This document shows positions 18,397 through 27,283 of a DNA stretch of 64,000 bases, in pieces. A program made the translations under genes and the position numbers. The stretch lies in IMG/VR virus record IMGVR_UViG_2906610324_000001, positions 32,001 to 96,000 of that record; one strand, 5' to 3'. Below the pieces are notes generated by a model. The model saw only the letters and a list, made by a program, of their open reading frames with translations, had not been told where the DNA came from and searched no databases. This DNA comes from a virus. Lineage: Duplodnaviria; Caudoviricetes. Positions within the stretch are counted from its first letter, which is position 1. The number at the start of each line of letters is the position of its first letter.

Positions 18397-19874
18397 GTGT
18401 TGTCAGGCTCGAAATCTTCAGCGACTTGCGATGCCCGCTCAGCATCGACGGCGGATGTAAGCGGCCGAGCAAACGGCTCAAGTGAGTTGTCGAATACAAA
18501 TGGTGAGTGAGTAATTGCCACGACTTGGCGGCACAAAGGAGCCTCAACAATGTCGACAAGTATTTGGCGCTGCCAGTCGAGGGAGAGCGATAACTCCGGC
18601 TCGTCGATCAGTATGATTTTCTCTTTGGGGTATAGATAAAGCTTAGCGAACAGCGAGATCATCTGCTTTTCGCCTGACGAAAGGGAGTTCAGTGGGATTT
18701 TTCTGTGCGCTTCGAGACTGTCGACCGAGATCGTAAGGTCTCGCCTGCTGAGCGTTAGAACCTTGCCGTCTATCTCTCCGCTGGCTGGAGACCCAAGAAG
18801 GTCTCTTCCGTGCATTGTTGTGCTGATGTCGACTGAAGACATGTATTTATTGCAGTTGTCGATGAAATCGCGGACCAACGCTTCAATTTCTCGCGTCGAT
18901 TGGACGACGCTGTTTAGCTTGCCTAAGAAGTACCGAAGGAACTTATTGCTTTCTTGAGATATGCCTCCCGTGCCTGTGTAGATCTGGGCGATGTTAGGAA
19001 TAGACAACTCGAAATGTGGACCATAGTGGCGCCTAGTCCGGTCGTCTTTGAGCCGGGAGAAGAATAGCTCCAGCTCTGCACGATCTGGAATCTCGTCCTG
19101 CATTGGGTCAGCGCGATCGAACTGCCCGCTGATAAGCTCGTTGATGATACTTGCACTGAGTTCCCGGTAACCCAGGCTTGAGTCCGTGACGATGCGTTGA
19201 TTGAGGTCGGATAGCCGGTCAACAACATCCGATAGGCCGAATTGGATATCGCCTGAATATAAGCCTGACCTCTGAGCAGGCAGAACCTGTTTGCGCATGC
19301 GGCCGTAACGGTCGGGGCGAGCAGGTATTGCCAGCTCGATGCGCCTGTAGGTCGGAAGATACACAACCTCGACGTTTTCCATTGCACTGCGCAGGAGCTT
19401 CAATGTGGAAAGTATGGTCGGTACTTCGCTGTGCAGAACTTTCGTTAGCCTATCGCAGAGAGCGCGGACGTTTGCATAGCTATGGCCATGCTTTTGCATG
19501 AGGGTGGAAGTAACTTCATCGTCAAGATATACGCGATCTGTATCCGAATCGTGTTCCTCAAGATGCAAGTACAGCATCGACGTCTCGATTTCGAGCCGAC
19601 GAGATTCTGCCTCGACTACTGCGTTCGACGTATACTTGGAGACTTCTTCACTTGTTAAAACAAGCTCGTCAGACAAGCTTCGTAGCTTGCAGCGGATGCT
19701 GGAGAACTGGAGTTCTTTAAGCCTTGAGAACTGCCCTTTTAGAAACGCATCCAGCGCTGCCAGGAGGGTGGTTTTACCGGAGCCGTTCTTAGCTATTAGA
19801 AGCGTCGCCGCGTAGTCTGACTCTAAAGAAATAGAGCGGTACCCGTGGAGACCCTCAATCTTGAAATATTGCAC
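18393..19874 (-). CDS. ariA: ABC/AAA_21-type ATPase, AriA-like (PARIS)
   Basis: Walker A KNGSGKTT, YLPTYRRIE, signature LSSGEKQ, Walker B LIDEPELSL, THSPF; 4-bp overlap with the DUF4435 gene. Confidence 0.85.
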   Translation of the reverse strand: MQYFKIEGLHGYRSISLESDYAATLLIAKNGSGKTTLLAALDAFLKGQFSRLKELQFSSIRCKLRSLSDELVLTSEEVSKYTSNAVVEAESRRLEIETSMLYLHLEEHDSDTDRVYLDDEVTSTLMQKHGHSYANVRALCDRLTKVLHSEVPTILSTLKLLRSAMENVEVVYLPTYRRIELAIPARPDRYGRMRKQVLPAQRSGLYSGDIQFGLSDVVDRLSDLNQRIVTDSSLGYRELSASIINELISGQFDRADPMQDEIPDRAELELFFSRLKDDRTRRHYGPHFELSIPNIAQIYTGTGGISQESNKFLRYFLGKLNSVVQSTREIEALVRDFIDNCNKYMSSVDISTTMHGRDLLGSPASGEIDGKVLTLSRRDLTISVDSLEAHRKIPLNSLSSGEKQMISLFAKLYLYPKEKIILIDEPELSLSLDWQRQILVDIVEAPLCRQVVAITHSPFVFDNSLEPFARPLTSAVDAERASQVAEDFEPDNT

Positions 19875-20143
19875 GATTGAGGGGGCTGAGGCGCTGGCGG
19901 ATACGGTGCCTACCGTTGGATCTCGATTGGGGGGCTACAACGTAGAGTTAATATTCGGGCACCTTACAAGGAATCGGCCGCTGATCAAGGACACCTAAGT
20001 CGAGTTTCCAAAGGTAAGGAAATGTGCCCACAATGACCAAGAAAAGCGGAGATACGGCGGCGAAGAGGCCTGATGGCCGTCCCGTTGGTACGCTTTAGCG
20101 TAGTCCTAGGAAACCGGCGCACAAGCTGGGAGCTTTACGCGCA

Positions 20144-20482
20144 TCAGTCCTCGAGGTCAGCATCAGCCGGCATCTGCCGAAGCTTCTGGTAGGGGAATTC
20201 GCCGAGCTCGGGGTGCAGCCGATCTTGCTGGATCATTGCCGCGGCCGCCATGCGGGCGGTGCCGAGGCCACCGGGCAGTGTCAGCAACGTCAGCGCGATC
20301 GGCACCCACGTCGGGATATCCTGCACCTGGCCGTCGTCCTTCTTCTTCCCCCATCGGTTCACCGTGACGAGGTTTTGGCAGAACACGCGGGCGAATGATT
20401 TCCGGTTGAGACCTTGGCGCTCGAGCTCGGCATCGAAGTCGGCCGCCGAGATCTTGCGGTGGACAAATCGGGGTGGTGACAT
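20144..20482 (-). CDS. HTH (XRE-like) transcription regulator
   Basis: ISAADFDAELERQGLNRKSFARVF.QN..TVNRW.....IP.WV..AL. Confidence 0.7.
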   Translation of the reverse strand: MSPPRFVHRKISAADFDAELERQGLNRKSFARVFCQNLVTVNRWGKKKDDGQVQDIPTWVPIALTLLTLPGGLGTARMAAAAMIQQDRLHPELGEFPYQKLRQMPADADLED

Positions 20483-20574
20483 CTCAGGATCCTTTCCGGT
20501 TGGGCACATTCGCCCGGAATCGGCTGTAGCCGAGGGGGTAGCACAAAATCGATCGTAGCCGGGAGTCCCGGCGA

Positions 20575-20946
20575 TCAGGTGTAGTCGAGCGGATGGACCT
20601 GGCGCTTGCCGACGGTCATCACCGGCGGGATGACGGCTCCGCGCTTGATCGCAGCCAGCCACTGCGCCTCCGTTCCCGTGAAGCCGGGCGCGGCCTCCAC
20701 ATGGTGGTCGGCCAGCCACTTGGCCAAGGCCTCGGGCGAGGCGCACGGCGGCGAAACCGGTGTGCCGGCGCTGGTGGTCTCGTATAGCTGCCAATGCGTT
20801 CGCTCCGCGGCTGGCCAGGCCGGCATGCTGCGCGCGGGATCGGGCGAGGGCGCATCCGGGCCGGACTCGAGCAGCGGGACATATCGGCCGCCGGAGTTGC
20901 GGGGGTGCTGCCAGTCAGCGGGCACTTGCCTGACGGTTCTTGACAT
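20575..20946 (-). CDS. Conserved hypothetical phage protein
   Basis: R.VR.VP.DWQHP, WQLYETTS.GTP.SP...PE.LA.WL; AAAGG RBS. Confidence 0.75.
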   Translation of the reverse strand: MSRTVRQVPADWQHPRNSGGRYVPLLESGPDAPSPDPARSMPAWPAAERTHWQLYETTSAGTPVSPPCASPEALAKWLADHHVEAAPGFTGTEAQWLAAIKRGAVIPPVMTVGKRQVHPLDYT

Positions 20947-20982
20947 AGCAATCGCCTTTCAAAATAGATCGTATCCGGGGGA

Positions 20983-21255
20983 TCAGAACAGCGAGCCTTG
21001 CGCGGGCGCCGGCGGCTCAGGTTTAAGACGTCCGAGGTGCTCGACCGTCTCGCCTATGATCTGGTCGCGATCATCATCGATCAGCAGCCAACCATCATCG
21101 CCGCCCGCTGGATCGTAAACCACGAAGTCACCGCCCCAACGCTTGAAGATGCGTTCGGCCACCAGGCGCACGGCCGCGGGAACGTCCGTTGCGGCGTCGA
21201 ACCCGGCCCGCGTCACGATCTTGAAGCCGGCCGCCGTCAGTATCTGTTCGGTCAT
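20983..21255 (-). CDS. Hypothetical protein
   Basis: VVYDP....DGWLLI.DD; ends QGSLF (clamp-motif-like). Confidence 0.7.
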   Translation of the reverse strand: MTEQILTAAGFKIVTRAGFDAATDVPAAVRLVAERIFKRWGGDFVVYDPAGGDDGWLLIDDDRDQIIGETVEHLGRLKPEPPAPAQGSLF

Positions 21256-21446
21256 GTTCGCTGGCCCTTCGCTCGTTCAAGGGCCGCTTGCACCTCCCAA
21301 GCCTGATAGATCGCCCCTCGGGCTTCCGTAAGCTTCTCCCGAACCTCTGGCCGCAATCGCTGGTCATTCGAGTCCATGACGCGCGTGAGGCCGTCCAGGA
21401 GCCGGTTATAGGTGTCCCAGTGGAAAGGGTGCTTGCGTGCTGTCAC
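21252..21446 (-). CDS. Hypothetical protein
   Basis: GTG start with GAGGG RBS, coupled to neighbours. Confidence 0.6.
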   Translation of the reverse strand: MTARKHPFHWDTYNRLLDGLTRVMDSNDQRLRPEVREKLTEARGAIYQAWEVQAALERAKGQRT

Positions 21447-21754
21447 CGCCGCGCCCTCGCGGCTGCATGAACCTTGCGGGCGAGCTCGTCGCGGATCGCG
21501 CGGCCAACGTCGGAGTCCTCCATAGCGGTCAGCCAAAGGCGTTCATCGTCCTGGACGACGGCCGCCGCGGCTTCCTCCAGCCTTTTGCCGGCCATGAAGT
21601 GCGGCGCCACGCGGGCAATGAAGGTCTTTTCGTCGTCCGTCAGCTGTCGGCCCGGAGCCGGCGGCGCAGCGAAGGCACCTCCGAGCGCTTCGAGGACGCC
21701 GGCGCGCGCGCCTTCAACGGGACCGGAATAGATTTCAGTCTTCTTGGCCGTCAT
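21443..21754 (-). CDS. Hypothetical protein
   Basis: GGAGG RBS before MTAKKTE. Confidence 0.65.
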   Translation of the reverse strand: MTAKKTEIYSGPVEGARAGVLEALGGAFAAPPAPGRQLTDDEKTFIARVAPHFMAGKRLEEAAAAVVQDDERLWLTAMEDSDVGRAIRDELARKVHAAARARR

Positions 21755-21837
21755 GGGTGAACCTCCGTTCAAATCGGTCGTAGCCGAGGGGGTGATGGGA
21801 AATCGATCGTAGCCGGGGAGGTGGGCGCAGCCGGGGG

Positions 21838-24198
21838 CTATCCCGGCGGCGGCCCATCGATCACGACGAGCGCTGTGTTGACCATGGTACCGGCGGCCTT
21901 GAATGACCCCGCGGGCAGAGGGCGGAATTCCACCGCCATCGGTTCGAGCTTCGCCCGCTGGCGCGGACCGTCGGCGCAGATCGCGACGAGCCGGCCACCA
22001 GGCTTCAAGAACTTCCGGCCATGCGTGATGTGCTTGATGTCGGCGCCGTTCTCAAATGGCGGGTTCATCAAGACAATGTCGAAACGCTCGGCCGGCGGGT
22101 CGAAGTCCAGGAAGTCGCCGCAGTGGACGAACGTGCCGGGGAACGCTGCGCGCAGGTGCTCCGAAAGTTTTGCGTTGATCTCGACCGCCACCACCTGCAG
22201 ACCATCGGCGCAGTTGCGCGCAGCTTCGATCAGTGCGCCCGTTCCGGCGCTCGGCTCCAAGATGCGCTGCCCGGGCCGGATGTCGGCCGCCTCTGCCACG
22301 TCCGCGGCGAGTTCGCCCGATGTCGGGAAGAGCTGAGGCGCAACGACGACTTGCACGCCGCCGCCTTTCAGCATCGCCCGCATGGCCTCGAAACTATCCG
22401 CCGCCGTCGGCGCGGGCAAATCGGCCGTATCCGGGACCGGGGCGAGAACGCGCGGCCGAAGGTCCGCCGGCACGGCCTCGGCCTCGAACGGCACGCCAGC
22501 CAGTCCGCAGAACTGCCGCCAGGCGGTCGCCTCGTCGTCGCACCAATCTGTAACGTGCTGGCCGATGCCAACACGGAATTTGCCGAGTCCGGTGATGATC
22601 TCGGCCCCCGCGCGCTGCGCCTCCGCCTTGGCATCGCCGAGGCGCCGCGGCTCTTCCGCGGGCGCAACCGGGACCAGCGCCGCCACGGCCTCGGGCTCGT
22701 CCTGGGCCTCCCTCTCGCCCGGTGCGCCGATGATCTCGGCGACCGTTGCCAGCATGGCGTCAAGATCAACCGCGGGCGGCGCGACATACTCGGCGACGAA
22801 TTCGGCCGGCTCGGTTGGCTCCGGTGCTGGCGCGATCTTGGGCGGATCGACCCGCTTTGCATCCGTGATGTAAACTTGGACCTTCTTCCAGTATTCACCG
22901 GGCTTCGGCATCTGGCGGACGCGGTGCGCGCTGTGGGTCTCGGTCTCCTTCACTTTGCCGATATAGTGGAAATCCGAGAACTGCGGGCGCGCCTTCCATT
23001 CGGCCTCCGTCATCTCGCGGAATCCTTCGCCGGGATAGTTGCAGATCGGCGGGAGCTTGGCGGCGGACTTCGCCGCGGCGACGTTCTCCGCGCTCGGCGG
23101 CCGATAATCGCTGATGCTCTCCACGCTCCATTGCGCGCGCTTGGAGCGCGAGCCAGTCGGCGCGGTCGTCGTCATGCTGGAAACCGAACCGTTGGCGCCC
23201 TTGTTGACCTTCAGCACGGTAAGCCACTCGTCGCAGCGGCTCGTCTGCACCTGACCGCCGACCGCGAAGGCGAAGCGGTCCGCAAGCGGGTTGGCGGTCG
23301 CCTCCGCTCCGATCTGCTCGGCCAGCATCGCCCGTTCATAGGCCAGCCGGTTGTCATAGTGCGCAATCCAGCGGGCGCGCCGAGGCCCGGAGCGCTCCAG
23401 GCTCGGAATCGCAATCGCGGCGGCCTGCGCGGCGGTGATGACGTTCCCATCAATCGCCGACCAAAGGCCCATTGGCCCCTCATATTGCGAGGCTGGCGGG
23501 TCGCGCGGATAATCGGCCAGCGGAAACGACATCGACCAATAACCGCCGACATTCGCCACGGCCAAGCCGGCCGCGCGCTGCTTCTCGGGGTCATTGATGC
23601 CGGCGACGATTTGCCAGGCCTTCAGCTGCCTTTCGGTCTCCGCTTGCTGGCGCTCCACCTTCCGCTTGTCGGACTCAATGCCCTTGATGCGGCGATGACG
23701 CACCGCCGGCAGTTCCTTGTATTTCGCATGAGCGATTGCGCCGGCCGCGCGCGCAGTCCAATAATTCGAGGTGTCCCAGAGCCTGACCGCCTTGCGCATG
23801 TTGCTGTGTATGCGCTCTTGATCCTTGCGGGCACGCTTCTCGCTGTGGTGCCCAACCAAAATAGGCTGCCCCCCATAGAAGCGCTCGGCGATCTCATCGG
23901 ACACTTTCCGCGCGCTCTCGGCTTCCGCCAAGCGCTTTTCGCTATACCCCTCGAAGCGGTCGGCGCGCTGCTCGGCGCGGTCGGTCAGCGTGGTGTCTTC
24001 GTCGCCGATCTCGCCACACATCTCAATCAGCAAGTCTTCGGCGCCGGGGCTCCAGGTTGGTTTGACGAACAGTTCTTGACGCGGCGCCCACTTGAAGCCG
24101 GCGGCCTTCACGCGCGCGTAATCCTCGGCGTCGAGCCGGTGCGCCGGATAAAGCCGCAGCTTGTTGTCATCGGGCGAATAGGTGGCGGAATGCTGCAT
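21838..24198 (-). CDS. DUF3560-domain protein fused to an N6-adenine methyltransferase
   Basis: ATYSPDDNKLRLY, GFKWAP, GQPILVGHHSEKRARKD (DUF3560); QLFPT, ILEPSAGTG, VLMNPPF (gamma-class MTase). Confidence 0.9.
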   Translation of the reverse strand: MQHSATYSPDDNKLRLYPAHRLDAEDYARVKAAGFKWAPRQELFVKPTWSPGAEDLLIEMCGEIGDEDTTLTDRAEQRADRFEGYSEKRLAEAESARKVSDEIAERFYGGQPILVGHHSEKRARKDQERIHSNMRKAVRLWDTSNYWTARAAGAIAHAKYKELPAVRHRRIKGIESDKRKVERQQAETERQLKAWQIVAGINDPEKQRAAGLAVANVGGYWSMSFPLADYPRDPPASQYEGPMGLWSAIDGNVITAAQAAAIAIPSLERSGPRRARWIAHYDNRLAYERAMLAEQIGAEATANPLADRFAFAVGGQVQTSRCDEWLTVLKVNKGANGSVSSMTTTAPTGSRSKRAQWSVESISDYRPPSAENVAAAKSAAKLPPICNYPGEGFREMTEAEWKARPQFSDFHYIGKVKETETHSAHRVRQMPKPGEYWKKVQVYITDAKRVDPPKIAPAPEPTEPAEFVAEYVAPPAVDLDAMLATVAEIIGAPGEREAQDEPEAVAALVPVAPAEEPRRLGDAKAEAQRAGAEIITGLGKFRVGIGQHVTDWCDDEATAWRQFCGLAGVPFEAEAVPADLRPRVLAPVPDTADLPAPTAADSFEAMRAMLKGGGVQVVVAPQLFPTSGELAADVAEAADIRPGQRILEPSAGTGALIEAARNCADGLQVVAVEINAKLSEHLRAAFPGTFVHCGDFLDFDPPAERFDIVLMNPPFENGADIKHITHGRKFLKPGGRLVAICADGPRQRAKLEPMAVEFRPLPAGSFKAAGTMVNTALVVIDGPPPG

Positions 24199-24243
24199 GT
24201 GTTTTCATCCTTTCAACTTGCGCACAATCGCGCGGGGCTGCTT

Positions 24244-24272
24244 CTCTAATTTGTGTCGGCCGAATCTGTCAA
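24244..24272 (-). promoter_or_regulatory. Putative sigma70 promoter for the DUF3560-MTase operon
   Basis: Minus strand TTGACA-N17-TTAGAG, with GCCGACA in the spacer. Confidence 0.5.
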
Positions 24273-24327
24273 TCGTGTTTGCAAAATCGGCCGTAGCTCG
24301 GGGATGGAAAATCGATCGTAGCCGGGA

Positions 24328-25230
24328 CTAGTGCGCAGTGCCGACGCGCAGGAGTGCCAAGGCGTGATACTCGCTGCCCTCGGCGGCCTTGGCCTTTACG
24401 AATGCCTCGGCCTCGTCGTCGCGGCTCACGCCGTTGCGGACAAATATTGAAGACTCGGCGTCCGCCTGAATCTCAAGCGTGCCGGTGTCGCTGTTCTCGA
24501 ACAGGCCCCATCCTTCCGAGCAAGCGCGGTCATCCTGCCCGATGAATCGCGCCGCGGGCGCAACCGGAAGGCCGGCGGCCGCTCGGCGATAGGCCTCGGC
24601 CGCCTCGTCAGCGTCGGAGACCGCTTCCGCAATCGTGCCGTCCTCGTCGCTGAACATGCCGCGCATCTGGTCAATCTGATGGGTGCAGGCGTCGAGCGCG
24701 CCGGCCAGGTCGCGGGCGATCTGGCGCCAGTCCTGCGCAGGCGCAACCGGGACTGTGCCGCCGACAATCTCCAATTCCTCGACCCGGAAGAAGTCGCCGC
24801 GCATTTCGCCGACGCGCTCAAAATAGGCTTCCGCTAGCTCGTCAGGATCGGCCGGCTTGTCCTCGTCCATCCGTGCGGCCCAATTCTCGGCCGCGATCTC
24901 ACGGCGCCAGGCGCGCGCCGTGTCGCTGTTAGGATAGAGGCGCGTTTCGTCGCCGTGCCGGGTTTCATGGGTAGCCACGGCGAGCGGTGGCAGCGTCACG
25001 GTCCGCTCTTCGATGATGCAGGGGCCGTCAACGGCATCTTCCCATAGCTCGCTGATATTGTCCGCCGTCGCGGCCTCGACCGCGGCCAGGCGCTCGGGGG
25101 TCCGCTTGAGGATGTCGCGCAGGCTCGTGCGGACATATTCCACCGCCTCGGACTGCGTGGCGTGCACCGTGGTTTCGGTCCCGCAGTTGTCGCCCTCAGT
25201 GGTGCAAGTCCAAATCGTGATTGTGCTCAT
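24328..25230 (-). CDS. Acidic hypothetical protein (anti-defence candidate)
   Basis: 300 aa, D/E-rich, AAAGGAG RBS. Confidence 0.75.
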   Translation of the reverse strand: MSTITIWTCTTEGDNCGTETTVHATQSEAVEYVRTSLRDILKRTPERLAAVEAATADNISELWEDAVDGPCIIEERTVTLPPLAVATHETRHGDETRLYPNSDTARAWRREIAAENWAARMDEDKPADPDELAEAYFERVGEMRGDFFRVEELEIVGGTVPVAPAQDWRQIARDLAGALDACTHQIDQMRGMFSDEDGTIAEAVSDADEAAEAYRRAAAGLPVAPAARFIGQDDRACSEGWGLFENSDTGTLEIQADAESSIFVRNGVSRDDEAEAFVKAKAAEGSEYHALALLRVGTAH

Positions 25231-25274
25231 TGTGATGATCTCCTTTCAAAAACAACCGTAGCCAAGGGGCGGAA

Positions 25275-25625
25275 TCAGTCGCGGGCGGGGGGATTGGTGC
25301 GGGTTTCGAGGCCGCGCGCGTGGCGCTCGGCGCCCTCTACGGATTTCAGCGCGCGCGCCACGTAATCCGCTGCATTGTTGGCGTCGGCGATCCGCAGGTG
25401 ATTGCGCGCGGTGCGGATCAACTGCGCGGCAAGCCGGACACGCTCCAGGCGGGAGGCCGGCGGCGTTTCCAATAGCGACAACTGCGCGTCACGCTTCTGC
25501 AGGCGCTCAATCTCGGCCAGCGCCAAGTCAGCTTGTGCGCTCGGGCTGTCGCTGTCCTCGTGCGGAACGTCAACATTCAGCGCGCCAAGAATCGAGTCGG
25601 TAAAGTCGGTGCAGGTGTAAGTCAT
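25275..25625 (-). CDS. Hypothetical protein
   Basis: Repeat A + AAAGG RBS upstream; YVARALKSVEGA.RHA. Confidence 0.75.
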   Translation of the reverse strand: MTYTCTDFTDSILGALNVDVPHEDSDSPSAQADLALAEIERLQKRDAQLSLLETPPASRLERVRLAAQLIRTARNHLRIADANNAADYVARALKSVEGAERHARGLETRTNPPARD

Positions 25626-25765
25626 TTGGCTTTCGTCCTTTCGTTTTGCGCACTATCGCGCAGATGGTGGAGCGACCGCGGCCAGGTGCGCGCGTCATCC
25701 ACCGCGCAAAATCGGCCGTAGTCGGGAGGTGCGCCGCCGGCCGGGAAATCAGCTGGCCCCGGGGG

Positions 25766-26173
25766 TTACTCGGCGAGCTCTTCCAGGGTGACGCCGTCTT
25801 CGGCCGCATACTCGGAAATCAGAGTCAGCGCCCAATCTTCCGCCGCGCCGATCATTTCGCCGTCGCCGCCGCCGTGTTTCGAGTTGACCCTGGCGCATGC
25901 GTCCGCGGTCCATCGTTCAAGGCCGGGAACGTCGCCGAAAAAGTCGCGCGCGCGTTCCAAAACGGATTCCTCCGACAAGCACGCGAGGCCGTAAATCCCG
26001 GCGATGTGCTCGGCGTCGTAAAGCAGCGTCAATCCGTCATCGCGGGTTGAGCGCTGGCGCGCGTAGCGCCAGGCTACGCCGTAGCGTTGCAGCGCGGAGC
26101 GGACGCGCCATCGATACTTTGAAGCCTCGTTAACGAGCGTGGCGAGCGGCGAGCGGGGCAAGGTGAGATGCAT
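25766..26173 (-). CDS. Hypothetical protein
   Basis: AAAGG RBS before MHLTLPRS. Confidence 0.65.
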   Translation of the reverse strand: MHLTLPRSPLATLVNEASKYRWRVRSALQRYGVAWRYARQRSTRDDGLTLLYDAEHIAGIYGLACLSEESVLERARDFFGDVPGLERWTADACARVNSKHGGGDGEMIGAAEDWALTLISEYAAEDGVTLEELAE

Positions 26174-26220
26174 AACGGTTCCTTTGTTCTGTGATGGGAA
26201 ATCGGCCGGCGGCGGGACTG

Positions 26221-26499
26221 TTAGCAATTCACTTCGTGAAAGCCGCGCACACCGTTCAAGACCTTGAAGCCCGGCGGGGAACGATCGCCCTTGCCAATCC
26301 GCATAGTGGCAACCGCCGGCTTTCCCGTTGCCGCCAGGTCCGCGCAGTAGTCCGCGAATGCCTTTTCTGCATCGGCCGCGCGCTTAATCTCGACTTCGCG
26401 CCGTGGGAGCGGGCTTTTGTCCTCTCCGATGCAAAGCGCCACGCTAACGAATGCGCCGTTACGTTCCGCCGCGTAGCTATTCAAGATCAGTTTCGCCAT
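26221..26499 (-). CDS. Hypothetical protein
   Basis: Repeat A + AAAGGAG before MAKLILNS; G.RSPPGF motif. Confidence 0.7.
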   Translation of the reverse strand: MAKLILNSYAAERNGAFVSVALCIGEDKSPLPRREVEIKRAADAEKAFADYCADLAATGKPAVATMRIGKGDRSPPGFKVLNGVRGFHEVNC

Positions 26500-26586
26500 G
26501 TCGTTTAACTCCTTTCGAATTGCGCACCATTGCGCCGAGAAAATCGGCCGCAGCCGAGGGATTGAGGAAATCGGCCGCAACCGGGA

Positions 26587-27000
26587 CTAGGCCGCGGCGG
26601 CTTGCTCGGCCGGCTTTTCGTCGGTCTGCGAAACGTCGAAAACCGGTACCAGGATGAACCGCACCGACTCCGCCGCGGCCTCGGCCGCGGCGCCGTCCGC
26701 GCTCGGCGCCGCTGAGGCCTCGGCCGTTGCGCGCCGGCCGGACGGCGCAAAGATGTAGATTGCGGACTCGCCTTTGCGGACCGCGCGGCCGGCGGCAAGC
26801 CATTGATTGAAGCCGCCCAGCATAGTTGCGCCTTCGCATTGCATCGCCGCCAGCATGTGATTTTTTCCGGATATCGGCCGCGCGTCCGCGGTGAGGATCG
26901 GCGCGCGCTGCAGCCAAAGCGCCTTCTGCTCTTCCGTCATGTTGGCAATCTGGCGCGCCAGTTGCGCGGCCTTTTCTTTGTTGGGATTCGGTTTCCGCAT
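26587..27000 (-). CDS. Stand-alone ArdC N-terminal (ssDNA-binding) domain protein
   Basis: SGKN.ML...Q...AT.LGGFNQWL..GR.VRKGE.AI.IFAP.....F..VPVFDVSQTD. Confidence 0.85.
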   Translation of the reverse strand: MRKPNPNKEKAAQLARQIANMTEEQKALWLQRAPILTADARPISGKNHMLAAMQCEGATMLGGFNQWLAAGRAVRKGESAIYIFAPSGRRATAEASAAPSADGAAAEAAAESVRFILVPVFDVSQTDEKPAEQAAAA

Positions 27001-27070
27001 GGTCTGTTTTCCTTTCCGTTTGCGCACAATCGCGCGTGTTGCATTCCGTGAGGCCGAGGCGCGCCGCGGC

Positions 27071-27268
27071 TTAGTGCAGTTCCCAAGCGCGCAATTCGAC
27101 GCGTGAACGCTTGCCGCGCTTGAATTCGTCGCAGCGGCGCGCGTATTCCTCGGCCTCGGCGGCGGTATCAAACCGCCGAGATAGTTCGCCCCAATTGTTG
27201 AATTCGCAGCGATCAATCAGGCGAAACTTTGCGCCAACGGGCAAGATATCGAATCCATAGGCTCGCAT
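27071..27268 (-). CDS. Hypothetical protein
   Basis: GGAG RBS; F.T.AEAE.YA motif. Confidence 0.55.
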   Translation of the reverse strand: MRAYGFDILPVGAKFRLIDRCEFNNWGELSRRFDTAAEAEEYARRCDEFKRGKRSRVELRAWELH

Positions 27269-27283
27269 TGCTGGCGACTCCGA

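Larger units (their letters stand above)
20518..26587 (-). repeat. Repeat B family, + strand AAATCGRYCGTAGCCGRGG, often as tandem pairs at gene junctions
   Basis: Copies near 20518+20545, 20961, 21771+21800, 24283+24308, 25708, 26541+26568; degenerate copies near 25250, 25745, 26198. Confidence 0.85.

Noticed and set aside
22021-24249. 742-aa plus-strand ORF
   Set aside because: Antisense shadow of the DUF3560-MTase; no motifs; expected in high-GC DNA
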